From: a virus
Taxonomy: Duplodnaviria > Caudoviricetes
Length of the DNA stretch: 64,000 nucleotides
Virus record (IMG/VR): IMGVR_UViG_3300025000_000057
Reading direction: 5' to 3' (one strand)
Position 1 is the first letter of the stretch. Each line of letters opens with the position of its first letter. The translations under genes were made by a program, and so were the position numbers. This document shows positions 54,634-63,897 of this stretch, one piece after another. A model generated the notes under the pieces. The model saw only the letters and a list, made by a program, of their open reading frames with translations, was not told the origin of the DNA and made no database searches.

Positions 54634-57093
54634 ATGGCACTTAGTAGTAGAAGAAGAGGTTCCGGCGTTATAATAGAGAGAACCGATGAAGAAAGAAACA
54701 GAAAAGACACGGAAGGTATTTCAATCGTGTTAAACAGTAATCACTCTGTGTATACCACAAACCGTCGGGTAGACGAGAATTGGATTAAAGTACGTCCGTT
54801 CTTTCCCGAGGATTTACCGGTTGACACCTGGGCTAAAGATGGCGCTTGTTGCAGCCTGTTACGCAGCTCTAGAATTATTGAGAACCCTGAGCATTTAGAG
54901 AAATGGATGCAAGAAGGTGCTTACTCTAAGCTCGAACACCGTATTAAGAAAGAAATCCAGCAAGCTCAATACGCTGGTGTAATATCCGAACACGACTATA
55001 TTCTGATGGAAGATAGTATGGGTACCGGAGATACATTTGATATATTAGTAGCTCATACTTGTTTGAATAAAGCTCGTTATGCTTTAAATACAGTCTTACT
55101 TAAGAAAGAGGCTGAACGTAAAGCAGCAGAGGCTAAGAAAGAAGCAGAGACTAATGCGCCTATCGTAACGAATTATCATAAGCTAAATCCAATTGCTACT
55201 CCTAAAGTTACCTATATAGATTTGCCTAAGTATTGCGATCCGGTCTTAACTGATAACTACTTACACAGACGTTACATGGCTCACCTAGATAGCCTTGGCA
55301 CCTGGAAAGGTAACGTTCTTGATGAATTACCGCCACTCGAATGGGGTAACAATCCGGCCCCTAAAATGTATTCAGAGACTAAAGGTGGATATCGTAACCG
55401 CACCAACCTTAGAGGTCTTGTGCTTGAGCATCCTAATATGTTCATCTTCGAGGCTTACAAAATCGTTCAGATGAAAGACGATCAAATCGGTGTAAGCGGA
55501 ACAGAATCGATCTATAAGAGTGATGGTAGTGTTAAGAGAAAACGTAGAATAGTTCCTATCGAAGAGTTATCTTACGAAGGAACTCCTATACTTGATTATA
55601 TAAGAAGTGTAGCTCCTACCTCGATTCAAGATAGTAGCCGTCATAACGAAGAGCTGTTTACTAAGAGTGAAGAGTGTCCTATTACCGAACGTGATGATGT
55701 TTATGTACATGCTGGCTTTGGTTTTGTAACACTCGTACGTATGACTAACAATGGTAAAGTAATCGTTCGTCGACTGGTTGATGATGAACGCGACTTAGTT
55801 GGTACTAAGTTTGACATCTATATGGAAATGCATTCTCAGAATGCTGTCAATCAGTTACCTGGAGAAATGGGTGTCCATATTGTAGAGTATTCAGAAATCA
55901 TACCTATTAAGAACTTGGTAGAGATCGGTATGAATAATAAAGAACTGTATCAGGTCTGTAATGTAAGACTTGCCACAAATGATAAAGAAGCTACAATTAT
56001 GGCCCGCCAGCCGGCTAAAGGTCTTGACGAGTTTGTTTATATTGTTAGCAACTTACCACTCAGACCAAAGCTCGATCTTTACAGCAAGGTACCAGTCCGT
56101 GATATCAATGGAGATTTGATGCTTCATAATGGTCAACCTATCTTAATCCATCCTCAAAAGAGTAAGATTATCAAAAAGTATGATGCTACTCTTAACATCA
56201 CAGTTGAACAAAGAGTACAAGCTTGGGAGCCACCAAGCGTCCTGGTTATAGGAGAAGAGAGTGGCAAACTAAGCGTAGTACCAGCTGCTTGGTTATATAA
56301 ACTCACCGGAAATACCAATTATATACCATTCTCAACAACCCGTAGTTACGATTCCGCTACTAAACGAATGGTTCCAATTACTGTTCGTTATCCAGAAATA
56401 CCTAGTGTATCTGCATGGGAGGATAGAAACGTATTTGACCATCACTTGTTTACTATGAAGATGAGAGCTGCAGCTAAAGGTAAACCCGAGCCTGGTAGTT
56501 TCTCAATCTTACCAACTCCAGCACCTGGTGAAGATTATCGCACAGTTCTTCCTATCCGTGAGAAATTCGTAAACTTCGAGCCATACAGATGGGTAGACCC
56601 CAAGAAACAAGTAAACATTCTTGACAGCCATATAGACGGTTATAATCCGGAAGATACTGGTTGGGATACCGAATGGCAATTTAGAGCACACGAGCCGGGC
56701 GACTGGATAGCAGAAGCTAGTATAGCTGAGGTATTCGCAGTAGCCGCTCCTAGTCATGAGAGGATCATGGCTAACACAAACCAAGAGGCATGGTACTGGA
56801 CTTACAATGCTTGCACAGCAAGACAGGCTGGTATCGATAATCTGGCGCTCAATTGGACAACTCCTGCGAGTAATGGTATAATTGCTACAGTGACATGTAA
56901 CATTGATAGCCATCCTATAACCGCTAATATACAGGTCGTTAAACCTGGTGAGATTGGTTTTGACGCAGGCCTTACTAATGAGCAAACAGCATTTATCTTA
57001 AGATTCGTAAGTTATAAACATGCAGAGGCTCGCGCAATGAGATTACAGCAACAAGATACAGCACAAGTTGCGGTGTCGTTAAAAGACCGTTAA
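54634..57093 (+). CDS. Large hypothetical protein (819 aa)
   Basis: AAAAGGAGG RBS; no domain recognised. Confidence 0.8.
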   Translation: MALSSRRRGSGVIIERTDEERNRKDTEGISIVLNSNHSVYTTNRRVDENWIKVRPFFPEDLPVDTWAKDGACCSLLRSSRIIENPEHLEKWMQEGAYSKLEHRIKKEIQQAQYAGVISEHDYILMEDSMGTGDTFDILVAHTCLNKARYALNTVLLKKEAERKAAEAKKEAETNAPIVTNYHKLNPIATPKVTYIDLPKYCDPVLTDNYLHRRYMAHLDSLGTWKGNVLDELPPLEWGNNPAPKMYSETKGGYRNRTNLRGLVLEHPNMFIFEAYKIVQMKDDQIGVSGTESIYKSDGSVKRKRRIVPIEELSYEGTPILDYIRSVAPTSIQDSSRHNEELFTKSEECPITERDDVYVHAGFGFVTLVRMTNNGKVIVRRLVDDERDLVGTKFDIYMEMHSQNAVNQLPGEMGVHIVEYSEIIPIKNLVEIGMNNKELYQVCNVRLATNDKEATIMARQPAKGLDEFVYIVSNLPLRPKLDLYSKVPVRDINGDLMLHNGQPILIHPQKSKIIKKYDATLNITVEQRVQAWEPPSVLVIGEESGKLSVVPAAWLYKLTGNTNYIPFSTTRSYDSATKRMVPITVRYPEIPSVSAWEDRNVFDHHLFTMKMRAAAKGKPEPGSFSILPTPAPGEDYRTVLPIREKFVNFEPYRWVDPKKQVNILDSHIDGYNPEDTGWDTEWQFRAHEPGDWIAEASIAEVFAVAAPSHERIMANTNQEAWYWTYNACTARQAGIDNLALNWTTPASNGIIATVTCNIDSHPITANIQVVKPGEIGFDAGLTNEQTAFILRFVSYKHAEARAMRLQQQDTAQVAVSLKDR

Positions 57094-57121
57094 GGTTATA
57101 GCAATGCGGGAGGAATTAGAA

Positions 57122-57355
57122 ATGAAAAAATATGCAGAGGAAATTGAAGGTTATATATTTGTGGGTAATACGCCCACTGGAGGAGATTTATCAGAATTAA
57201 AAAATATAAAATATATAATTGGAGATCTTGCTTTAGATATTCATAGGAAAAAGTTAGATAAGAATTATATGTTACCTTTGTTTGTTAAAAAAGAAAGTTA
57301 TAACGAATATAACAGAATAATGGAGGATCAAATGAGAAAAATTCGTGAAAGATAG
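57122..57355 (+). CDS. Small hypothetical protein
   Basis: ATG 57122 after GGGAGGA; AT-rich. Confidence 0.65.
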   Translation: MKKYAEEIEGYIFVGNTPTGGDLSELKNIKYIIGDLALDIHRKKLDKNYMLPLFVKKESYNEYNRIMEDQMRKIRER

Positions 57356-57362
57356 TAAGTCA

Positions 57363-57400
57363 TTCTTATCAGCCTGTTAATAAAAACAGGCTGATAAGAA
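57363..57400. promoter_or_regulatory. TGTT-N6-AACA hairpin H4
   Basis: TTCTTATCAGCCTGTT-AATAAA-AACAGGCTGATAAGAA, followed by GTATATAAT and an RBS. Confidence 0.7.
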
Positions 57401-57420
57401 GTATATAATGGTGGTGAAAC

Positions 57421-58251
57421 ATGGCTAAGGAAGCTAACTTGAATAACGTTACGCAACAGATTATTGATGCACTTAAAGTTCACGGATTTAAGATACAGTA
57501 TTATAAGAGTTACTCTACTAATAGCTTTTATCTAAAGTTAGATTATGGAGTATCTCATAGTATAAGGATAAGTGACCATAAAGGGAAGAGTCATCTTAAC
57601 TATCGTTTTAATATCGGGCCTCATATCACCGATTACGAAGTTCGTAAGACACCTCCACCGGATTACTGGCCAATGTACTTCTATCCAATAACACAGTTTA
57701 AGCGCATGATTCAGCAGATAGTTCAGGTACGGGATAATGTAATAAAGAAATACGGGAAGGAAAGGTATAAAACTCTTATGCAGACAAATCTAGAGAAGAA
57801 CCAGCATAAGAGAGGCTTTTGGGCTCAGAGTAAAGAACTATGGGAGGGAGATATCATGACCGGTAAGGGTAAATTCATTACATGTCATATGAGTCAGCTA
57901 TCAAGAATTGATGCTGATATTAAAATTGCTGGTACTATTAAACAGATTAACAGTTCCGATATTCTATGGATTCCGCAGCTAGGCCCGGATGAAGAGTTAT
58001 TTAACATGTTTAAGGATTGGAAAGAGGCTGGTAAGTGGCCCGAAATGTGGCCTGAATATCTAGTTCGCTTTCAAAAGTTAATGACCGGCCCGGTTATGCT
58101 GCCGTATTTAAACCGGTTAAAGCTAAGGCTAAGCGAGGGTAAGAAGATTGCTTTTGGTTGTTTTTGCGCTAAGAAAGATGTTCTGTTCTGCCATCGCAGT
58201 ATAGTAGCTGACGATATGAAAAATAGTGGCTTTGAAATTATATTAGGCTAG
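57421..58251 (+). CDS. Two-domain protein with C-terminal DUF488-like domain
   Basis: N-terminal YLKLDYG...SIRISDH.G; C-terminal W.PQLGP..ELF..FK.W...W.EY..RF...L...L...GCFC......CHRSIVA. Confidence 0.65.
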   Translation: MAKEANLNNVTQQIIDALKVHGFKIQYYKSYSTNSFYLKLDYGVSHSIRISDHKGKSHLNYRFNIGPHITDYEVRKTPPPDYWPMYFYPITQFKRMIQQIVQVRDNVIKKYGKERYKTLMQTNLEKNQHKRGFWAQSKELWEGDIMTGKGKFITCHMSQLSRIDADIKIAGTIKQINSSDILWIPQLGPDEELFNMFKDWKEAGKWPEMWPEYLVRFQKLMTGPVMLPYLNRLKLRLSEGKKIAFGCFCAKKDVLFCHRSIVADDMKNSGFEIILG

Positions 58252-58253
58252 TC

Positions 58254-58287
58254 TTTGTTTGCCTGTTAATAAAAACAGGCAAACAAA
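58254..58287. promoter_or_regulatory. TGTT-N6-AACA hairpin H5
   Basis: TTTGTTTGCCTGTT-AATAAA-AACAGGCAAACAAA, followed by TGTATATT and an RBS. Confidence 0.7.
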
Positions 58288-58313
58288 ACTTGTATATTAG
58301 GGAGGTAGCGTTT

Positions 58314-58745
58314 ATGGATAGATTCATGTATTTTAATAAGCTCAGTGCTATGGTTGCAATATCTAAAGAAATGCCTAAAGTCGAAGTTCCGATTATGAGA
58401 TTTACAAATAGGGTGTATTCGACTAGTGAGATATATAACAGTGAGTGGAGAATAGAGTCTACAAAAGCTTCCAGGTTAACTCTAATAGATCCTACTGGAG
58501 AAAGACGCAGGATCAAATATGGTATATACCACCAGGCTATAAATTACAGCTCCTGGAGTGAATACGATATTGCACTTGCAGATGCAAAGAGAAATGGGAT
58601 TGTATCGGCTAATCGTACCTATATTGGCAAATTTCTTGGCTATTTGCCAGAAGTGTCATCGGTACCGTTATATATATTGGGAAGGGAGAATAAACATGAC
58701 AGGTGTCAACTTGGAACTATACACAACGAAAGACGAGTTAATTAA
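58314..58745 (+). CDS. Hypothetical protein
   Basis: ATG 58314 after GGGAGGT. Confidence 0.7.
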   Translation: MDRFMYFNKLSAMVAISKEMPKVEVPIMRFTNRVYSTSEIYNSEWRIESTKASRLTLIDPTGERRRIKYGIYHQAINYSSWSEYDIALADAKRNGIVSANRTYIGKFLGYLPEVSSVPLYILGRENKHDRCQLGTIHNERRVN

Positions 58746-58968
58746 ACTTCACAAGCATACCCCAATTGGAATTGCAATCAAAGCCTGGACTAAAGAAGGC
58801 TGTCCGCCTGAAGCGATTTATCATATCTCGGTACCATTTGAGGTTTGTACGCTTAAGGACGATAATGAGGTTATTGTCGAACCGACTATGGTAAAGTACA
58901 ACGAAATTAGTACCAGGTTTATCATAGCTGCTTCAACAATGCCGATAGATTTATCTAAGATTCAGTAA
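58696..58968 (+). CDS. Hypothetical protein
   Basis: ATG 58696 after GGGAGA; ends before a terminator. Confidence 0.6.
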   Translation: MTGVNLELYTTKDELIKLHKHTPIGIAIKAWTKEGCPPEAIYHISVPFEVCTLKDDNEVIVEPTMVKYNEISTRFIIAASTMPIDLSKIQ

Positions 58969-58972
58969 ATCC

Positions 58973-59005
58973 CGAGCCTCCTTCGGGAGGTTCGTTCCCC
59001 TTTTT
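58973..59005 (+). terminator. Intrinsic terminator (UUCG loop)
   Basis: CGAGCCTCC-TTCG-GGAGGTTCG ... TTTTT. Confidence 0.75.
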
Positions 59006-59082
59006 AAATCCGTCAAGACTTTGCGAGGTAAGACGGGGCAAACGATTTGTGAGGTGAGTTTAAGTAGTAAGGAGGTAGTTCT

Positions 59083-59415
59083 ATGAGTGTATGTTTAGAA
59101 GACTACACGAATATGACAGATGAATCATTTATTACTATTTATACTATAGTTGCAGCATCTATAGCCTACGAAACGGTAAGAGAAAGAGAGGCTAAGATTG
59201 TAGTTAATTTAGGACTCTTGAAAGCAATGTCCGAGGCTATCATAAGTAAAACTCCGGGATACATTACGGCGTGTCTCAGGTTTGCAAGAGAGCTAACCGG
59301 TCAAAGAATACCTATCTCTGTAATAGTACAAGTTCATAGGGATAAGGTATGGCTAGGATTTGAGCCTGAGCATGGCTGGTATGCAACGGAAGAAAAACTA
59401 TTGTATGCTCGCTAA
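59083..59415 (+). CDS. Hypothetical protein
   Basis: AAGGAGGT RBS. Confidence 0.7.
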   Translation: MSVCLEDYTNMTDESFITIYTIVAASIAYETVREREAKIVVNLGLLKAMSEAIISKTPGYITACLRFARELTGQRIPISVIVQVHRDKVWLGFEPEHGWYATEEKLLYAR

Positions 59416-59452
59416 TTGTCAGTTAGCTTGGGGTTAATAAGGAGTAGTTACA

Positions 59453-59620
59453 ATGAATCAGAAAGAAAAGATAGAGTTATTAAAACGTATTATCTTAGAG
59501 ATTATGCCTGTTTATGATAAACCCTGTTCTGTGAAACATGGATTAAAGCCTTTATTACCATGTGATAAGTATAACTCATGTGATGATTGTTGGAAAGATG
59601 CATTAAGCTTAGTTAAATAA
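59453..59620 (+). CDS. 55-aa Cys-containing small protein (not in track)
   Basis: AAGGAG RBS; MNQKEKIELLKRIILEIMPVYDKPCSVKHGLKPLLPCDKYNSCDDCWKDALSLVK. Confidence 0.65.
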   Translation: MNQKEKIELLKRIILEIMPVYDKPCSVKHGLKPLLPCDKYNSCDDCWKDALSLVK

Positions 59621-59632
59621 GGAGGAATTCTA

Positions 59633-60229
59633 ATGGAATTCTCAGCACGATTTGCAACTAAAAGTTCTTCAGGAAGTGTTATTAATATGAAAGAAGAGAA
59701 AATAGGTATGAGTGCCGTTTGTGTAATAAGAGAGCAGCTTGGGGTTAATCTACCTATCGAGAAGATTTCGGATACAATTTGTAAGAAGGTTGAGAAAGAT
59801 CTGAAGATCTTTCTTACCGAAGAGCAGGTACAAAATATACTCAATATTAACCCTGTAGTGGGTTTCATGGACACTAATAGCATTAACGTATTCGTTTCCG
59901 ATAAGTATTTTAATGCCGGAGTTTGTAAAAAGGTATACTCGAATCGAAATATTATCGATGATGGAATTTCATCAGCTGGTATTGAGTACCGTATCAATGA
60001 AGAATATATCATTGAAGCATGGATGTTTGCCGGCTGTCCTTTAGAGTGGACAGAAGATGATACTTCAGATCCTATTGCAATAGAAATTGAGGATATGCAG
60101 GAACCTGATAATTTACATCTTGTTAGTACTCTCAAGCGTATTGTCGGAGGAAATGCACAAAGCGTTATTTGTAGCCATTGTGGTATGTCTTTTATATTAG
60201 ATGAAAAATCGCATGTTAATAAGAGTTAA
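59633..60229 (+). CDS. Hypothetical protein
   Basis: AAGGAGGA RBS; C-terminal CSHCG. Confidence 0.75.
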   Translation: MEFSARFATKSSSGSVINMKEEKIGMSAVCVIREQLGVNLPIEKISDTICKKVEKDLKIFLTEEQVQNILNINPVVGFMDTNSINVFVSDKYFNAGVCKKVYSNRNIIDDGISSAGIEYRINEEYIIEAWMFAGCPLEWTEDDTSDPIAIEIEDMQEPDNLHLVSTLKRIVGGNAQSVICSHCGMSFILDEKSHVNKS

Positions 60230-60244
60230 GAAAGGAAGTTTGCA

Positions 60245-60874
60245 ATGAAGATAAATGTTATATTCGATGGTGTAAAGATTCCTAGCCATGATAATCTGCC
60301 CGAAGTGTCTATACAACGGATTAATGTTATTACCGAGTTATCTATCGAAGAGATGCGGCTTTTACCTCAACTTATAGTTGATACTATTTACAGCTGCAGC
60401 AAGCTTGATACCTTAGAGCATTATTCTGGCGTATTAGGAGATATCACAAAAGGAATTAAAAGCAGAAGTGAGGAAATTGCAAACGGCGAGTTCAAAGAGA
60501 AAGATAAATCGTGTACCAATGAAATAGTAACCTTGTCACAGTTAATACCTAAAAAGGTTGATTGCAATATCTGTAAAGGGCAATTACCTTATAGGTGTAT
60601 GTGCGAGTATGTTAATGAATGTGAGATATTACAAGAGTTCAAACCCATGGCACCCATATTAGACTGTTATATGTGCTCTCATCATAGTACCAAAATAAGA
60701 AGTATAAAAACTGGTTTTTATGTTAATACCTGTGCAAAACTTGGTACAAAACGTTGTTTCCATTGTGCTCACAAGTGTAACGAAAAGAAAGCTCAATTAT
60801 GTATAGCACACTTTGATGGTAAATGCGAGGTATACCCCAAGGATGTTAAACCTATTATACCTATGCCTGTATAA
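60245..60874 (+). CDS. Hypothetical protein with Cys-rich C-terminus
   Basis: CNICK...C.C...C...CYMC...C...CFHC..KC...C....C. Confidence 0.7.
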   Translation: MKINVIFDGVKIPSHDNLPEVSIQRINVITELSIEEMRLLPQLIVDTIYSCSKLDTLEHYSGVLGDITKGIKSRSEEIANGEFKEKDKSCTNEIVTLSQLIPKKVDCNICKGQLPYRCMCEYVNECEILQEFKPMAPILDCYMCSHHSTKIRSIKTGFYVNTCAKLGTKRCFHCAHKCNEKKAQLCIAHFDGKCEVYPKDVKPIIPMPV

Positions 60875-60877
60875 TAA

Positions 60878-60986
60878 GCCTGGTGGGGTTAGGCCAGGTG
60901 CGGCAGCCTTTAAGGCTGCGTCCCTAAAAGGGAGTTAACTTTGCTAAGTGCCTGGGTCTCCCCCGGGAGGCCCGTTGTTTCTTTTT
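60878..60986 (+). ncRNA. Candidate small structured RNA ending in a terminator (unidentified)
   Basis: GC-rich island with 4 consecutive hairpins; the last (GGGTCTCC/GGAGGCCC) is followed by a T-tract. Confidence 0.4.
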
Positions 60987-61015
60987 AGTATAAAGTAGCT
61001 GAGAGGTGAGGTAAA

Positions 61016-61369
61016 TTGGTACATAAATCGTTTAAGAGTTTACCAGTAACTATCGTTGGTTTTACTACCAACATAGAGATATTAGGTATTATTGACGAGG
61101 TTGATGTTTTAACCCGTTATGTCTTTGTTATGATAAAGACTACGGATAAGGACAAGGATATCCTTGTAAATGTTGCGATACCTAAAGAGAACCTAAATAC
61201 AAGAAGAAACTTTACTAGTTTTATAGGCCGTGGATTTGCAGGTCGGGGTAGGCTATCAAGGCATGATGGGGAATTAATTGTATTGATTTATGACTACCGA
61301 GTGATGAGTAGAGATGAAACAGATAAGCTTTTGTCTGGAGAATTAATAGTAGTGAATGGAGGTGTTTAG
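61016..61369 (+). CDS. Hypothetical protein (OB-fold-like beta pattern)
   Basis: GAGGTGAGG RBS + TTG. Confidence 0.65.
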   Translation: MVHKSFKSLPVTIVGFTTNIEILGIIDEVDVLTRYVFVMIKTTDKDKDILVNVAIPKENLNTRRNFTSFIGRGFAGRGRLSRHDGELIVLIYDYRVMSRDETDKLLSGELIVVNGGV

Positions 61370-61371
61370 GA

Positions 61372-61590
61372 ATTCCAATTAAAGATGAGATACTAAAAGA
61401 GTATTCTCCATTAGTAAAAGGTAATAGCGTTCTTTCTCGTCTAGATAAACAACAGAATATTCTAGCTCATATCGAGGATATCAACAATCTAGTTAAAAGA
61501 GAGAGTAACCATGGAGTTACAAATGTCAAAGTATTAAGCAATCTGTATATTGCAAAGTCTATAGCATTACAGGCTTTAACAAATTTGTAG
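61372..61590 (+). CDS. 72-aa protein with ATT start (not in track)
   Basis: GGAGGTG 7 nt upstream of ATT; IPIKDEILKEYSPLVKG...LQALTNL; fills the gap between genes exactly; no ATG/GTG/TTG in frame after TAA 61324. Confidence 0.6.
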   Translation: MPIKDEILKEYSPLVKGNSVLSRLDKQQNILAHIEDINNLVKRESNHGVTNVKVLSNLYIAKSIALQALTNL

Positions 61591-61604
61591 AGGAGGTCGC
61601 CACT

Positions 61605-62024
61605 ATGATGGCAGCACAAGGCGATACATTTCATATCCGAGTACCTAAACATCCGAACAAGATAATGACTCAGATAATATTAGACCATAGTCTTGAACCT
61701 AACATTCTTAGTGATGGAGTAAATTCTGAGATTGTTAACGGTTTAATGAACGCAATCTGTTCCGGACTGCCAGTAGGAATCTTAACAAAGTTAGCCACCC
61801 AAATAGCTGGCGTATGTGTTCAGAAGATGCCCGAAGTTGATAAGAATAAGTATATCGAGCATATGATACGTACCCTGGAAAAGATGCGGGGTACTGCTAA
61901 TCCGGATATACCAGATTTATTAAAGAATGCTGATAAGGTACAGACGCCGATTAGTCCTGACAGTATTGAAGCCTGGCAGGAGGTTAAGGAATCGCCTAAG
62001 AGTACGGGTACCGGGGAGGTATAA
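61605..62024 (+). CDS. Hypothetical protein
   Basis: GAGGAGG RBS. Confidence 0.75.
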   Translation: MMAAQGDTFHIRVPKHPNKIMTQIILDHSLEPNILSDGVNSEIVNGLMNAICSGLPVGILTKLATQIAGVCVQKMPEVDKNKYIEHMIRTLEKMRGTANPDIPDLLKNADKVQTPISPDSIEAWQEVKESPKSTGTGEV

Positions 62025-62026
62025 CT

Positions 62027-62284
62027 TTGCATCCTGTTCAACAGATTACAAAGCCAGAAACATCTACTCTGGCGTCTACCTTAGCTGTACCTATTAGTTG
62101 CTTTTGGTGTCCTCTTAATAATCCTAAAGAGAAGCTATTTAGTGCTTGTTACATGGATGATACAATAACTTGTGTGCAATGTTATGTTAACCATGTATTC
62201 TTTCAAAATAGAGATATACATGGTATAACAGTAGATCCGAGTTATCAAGAGGAGTTATTCTTTAAACAATTCAGAAAGAAATAG
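62027..62284 (+). CDS. Small Cys-containing protein
   Basis: GGGGAGG + TTG; CFWCP...C...CVQC. Confidence 0.65.
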   Translation: MHPVQQITKPETSTLASTLAVPISCFWCPLNNPKEKLFSACYMDDTITCVQCYVNHVFFQNRDIHGITVDPSYQEELFFKQFRKK

Positions 62285-62485
62285 GTGAGTCATTTGAGAT
62301 GTGAAGGTTGCGATAAATTATCAAGGACGGCTGTTGATAGAATAATTACGTACCGATGTACTGGTACACCGAGAGGCCGTAAAGTTGGATGGAAATATGA
62401 ATCCTCCTGGAAAAACAAAGTTATATACGCCCCAAAGTGGTGTCCAAAACGTACTCAAGATAAAGGAATGGGGATCATAATATGA
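62285..62485 (+). CDS. Small Cys-containing protein
   Basis: CEGC...C...PKWCPK. Confidence 0.6.
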   Translation: MSHLRCEGCDKLSRTAVDRIITYRCTGTPRGRKVGWKYESSWKNKVIYAPKWCPKRTQDKGMGIII

Positions 62486-62751
62486 TTGTTATAGAAAAGA
62501 AGATTGATGATTTAACAAGAGAAGTATATATCTTTTATTATCATCATGATAAAAGAACAATAATCCTTGATAGCTACTCTCTTGAGAATAGAGAGACTAA
62601 GAGACATAAATTTCGGACTAAGAAAATTTACAGCAGAAAAGGTCATGGCTCTAATCTAAAAGAAAGCGAGGTCGTTCTTCCTGAAGAGATTAAACAACAG
62701 GCGTTAGAAAAGTTTATATCCCGGATAACAGTAAGGTTATCAAGAACGTAG
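62482..62751 (+). CDS. Small basic hypothetical protein
   Basis: ATGA coupling. Confidence 0.65.
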   Translation: MIVIEKKIDDLTREVYIFYYHHDKRTIILDSYSLENRETKRHKFRTKKIYSRKGHGSNLKESEVVLPEEIKQQALEKFISRITVRLSRT

Positions 62752-62763
62752 GAGGTGAATTAA

Positions 62764-63078
62764 TTGCAATTTGAGGTTCTAAGCGGAGGTAATAAATTAA
62801 CCGTTACTATTCAAACGGAACCGGCAATAATCAGTATGACAGTATTTCCTGATACTGTTAGTAAAGAGGAGTTTGGAAAAGCCATAGCTCAGGAACTTCT
62901 CAACGTATCTGATACGCCTATACCAGGTGTTATTATGAATGTACTGGTTAAACAAATCGCATTAATGCAGGGGTTGGATAAGACTCTACTGGATATCAAG
63001 AGATACTTACTCGCAGAACATTCCTATAGTCTAGAAGAAATTAGAAATGCTCTAGAGTATGCCACGAGTACCTCTTAG
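62764..63078 (+). CDS. Hypothetical protein
   Basis: AGGAGGTGA + TTG. Confidence 0.7.
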   Translation: MQFEVLSGGNKLTVTIQTEPAIISMTVFPDTVSKEEFGKAIAQELLNVSDTPIPGVIMNVLVKQIALMQGLDKTLLDIKRYLLAEHSYSLEEIRNALEYATSTS

Positions 63079-63101
63079 AACTTATATATAAATTTAAGGA
63101 G

Positions 63102-63848
63102 TTGGTTTTATTGGCTATTACAGACTTAGAAGTTTCTCGTCTACCTGATAGAGATATAGTCGTCTTAACCTTTGATGAGAATGTTTTGGTTATTCCCTTC
63201 CATCTTCTGCTTAAGAAACTCGTTGAGAACGAGTTCGATATCGTTGTTCCTAAACGAGAAGATGATGCAGAAAAGGTCTTTGGGATAGCTTTTCACCCTG
63301 ATACTATAGGTGGTAAGCCGAAGATGATAACCCTTAATGCAATATCGTCAAAAGAGGCTATTAAGGCCGCTATTGATGTAGACCCGGGTGTTGATTATGT
63401 CGGTATTACCACTACGCTTAAGGGTTATCCCGCAGGCACACCGATAGTGGATAATACACTCGAATTCTTGGAAAGTTTTAAAGATGTTAGTGATGAAGTT
63501 GATTACACACCACGTCACCGTCTCAATCCGCCAGTAGTGCAACAACAAATACCAGTTGAATCAGATCCGCAGATCATGACAGGATTGAGCGATACTCTAA
63601 GAGCAAGCACGAACGAAGGTCAACAATGTTATACAGCTCTAAAGCCGCCAGCTTGGCCAACCCAATCAGAGCAGCCACTTGGCTATGATCAACGGGTCAC
63701 TCAACAAGAACTTCCTCTTCCGGTAGAGACTTCTGCAAATCCGGATAAGAAGGCCCGAATTGAAGCTTGTAAGGCAAGCGGTGAGGAATGTCAATTCTGT
63801 AATAACGATCCTGAAACTTGTAACGGAGTGTATAAAGCTCCATTTTAA
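63102..63848 (+). CDS. Hypothetical protein with Pro/Gln-rich linker and Cys-rich tip
   Basis: 248 aa; likely start TTG at 63111. Confidence 0.7.
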   Translation: MVLLAITDLEVSRLPDRDIVVLTFDENVLVIPFHLLLKKLVENEFDIVVPKREDDAEKVFGIAFHPDTIGGKPKMITLNAISSKEAIKAAIDVDPGVDYVGITTTLKGYPAGTPIVDNTLEFLESFKDVSDEVDYTPRHRLNPPVVQQQIPVESDPQIMTGLSDTLRASTNEGQQCYTALKPPAWPTQSEQPLGYDQRVTQQELPLPVETSANPDKKARIEACKASGEECQFCNNDPETCNGVYKAPF

Positions 63849-63868
63849 TACTTTGCCATACCCCTTTG

Positions 63869-63897
63869 TTGACAATTAACATGTAGCATGTTACAAT
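63869..63897 (+). promoter_or_regulatory. Consensus sigmaA promoter with extended -10, enclosed by a 14-bp inverted repeat
   Basis: TTGACA-N17-TACAAT with TG; ACCCCTTTGTTGAC(63860-73)/GTCAACAAAGGGGT(63912-25). Confidence 0.85.

Noticed and set aside
50478-58287. Hairpin family as a CRISPR array or MITE/REP set
   Set aside because: The copies are kb apart, separated by genes, with non-identical arms; there are no spacers, cas genes or target-site duplications.
60878-60986. tRNA-like cloverleaf
   Set aside because: No acceptor stem, no GTTCRA T-loop and no CCA; the hairpins are serial, not a cloverleaf.
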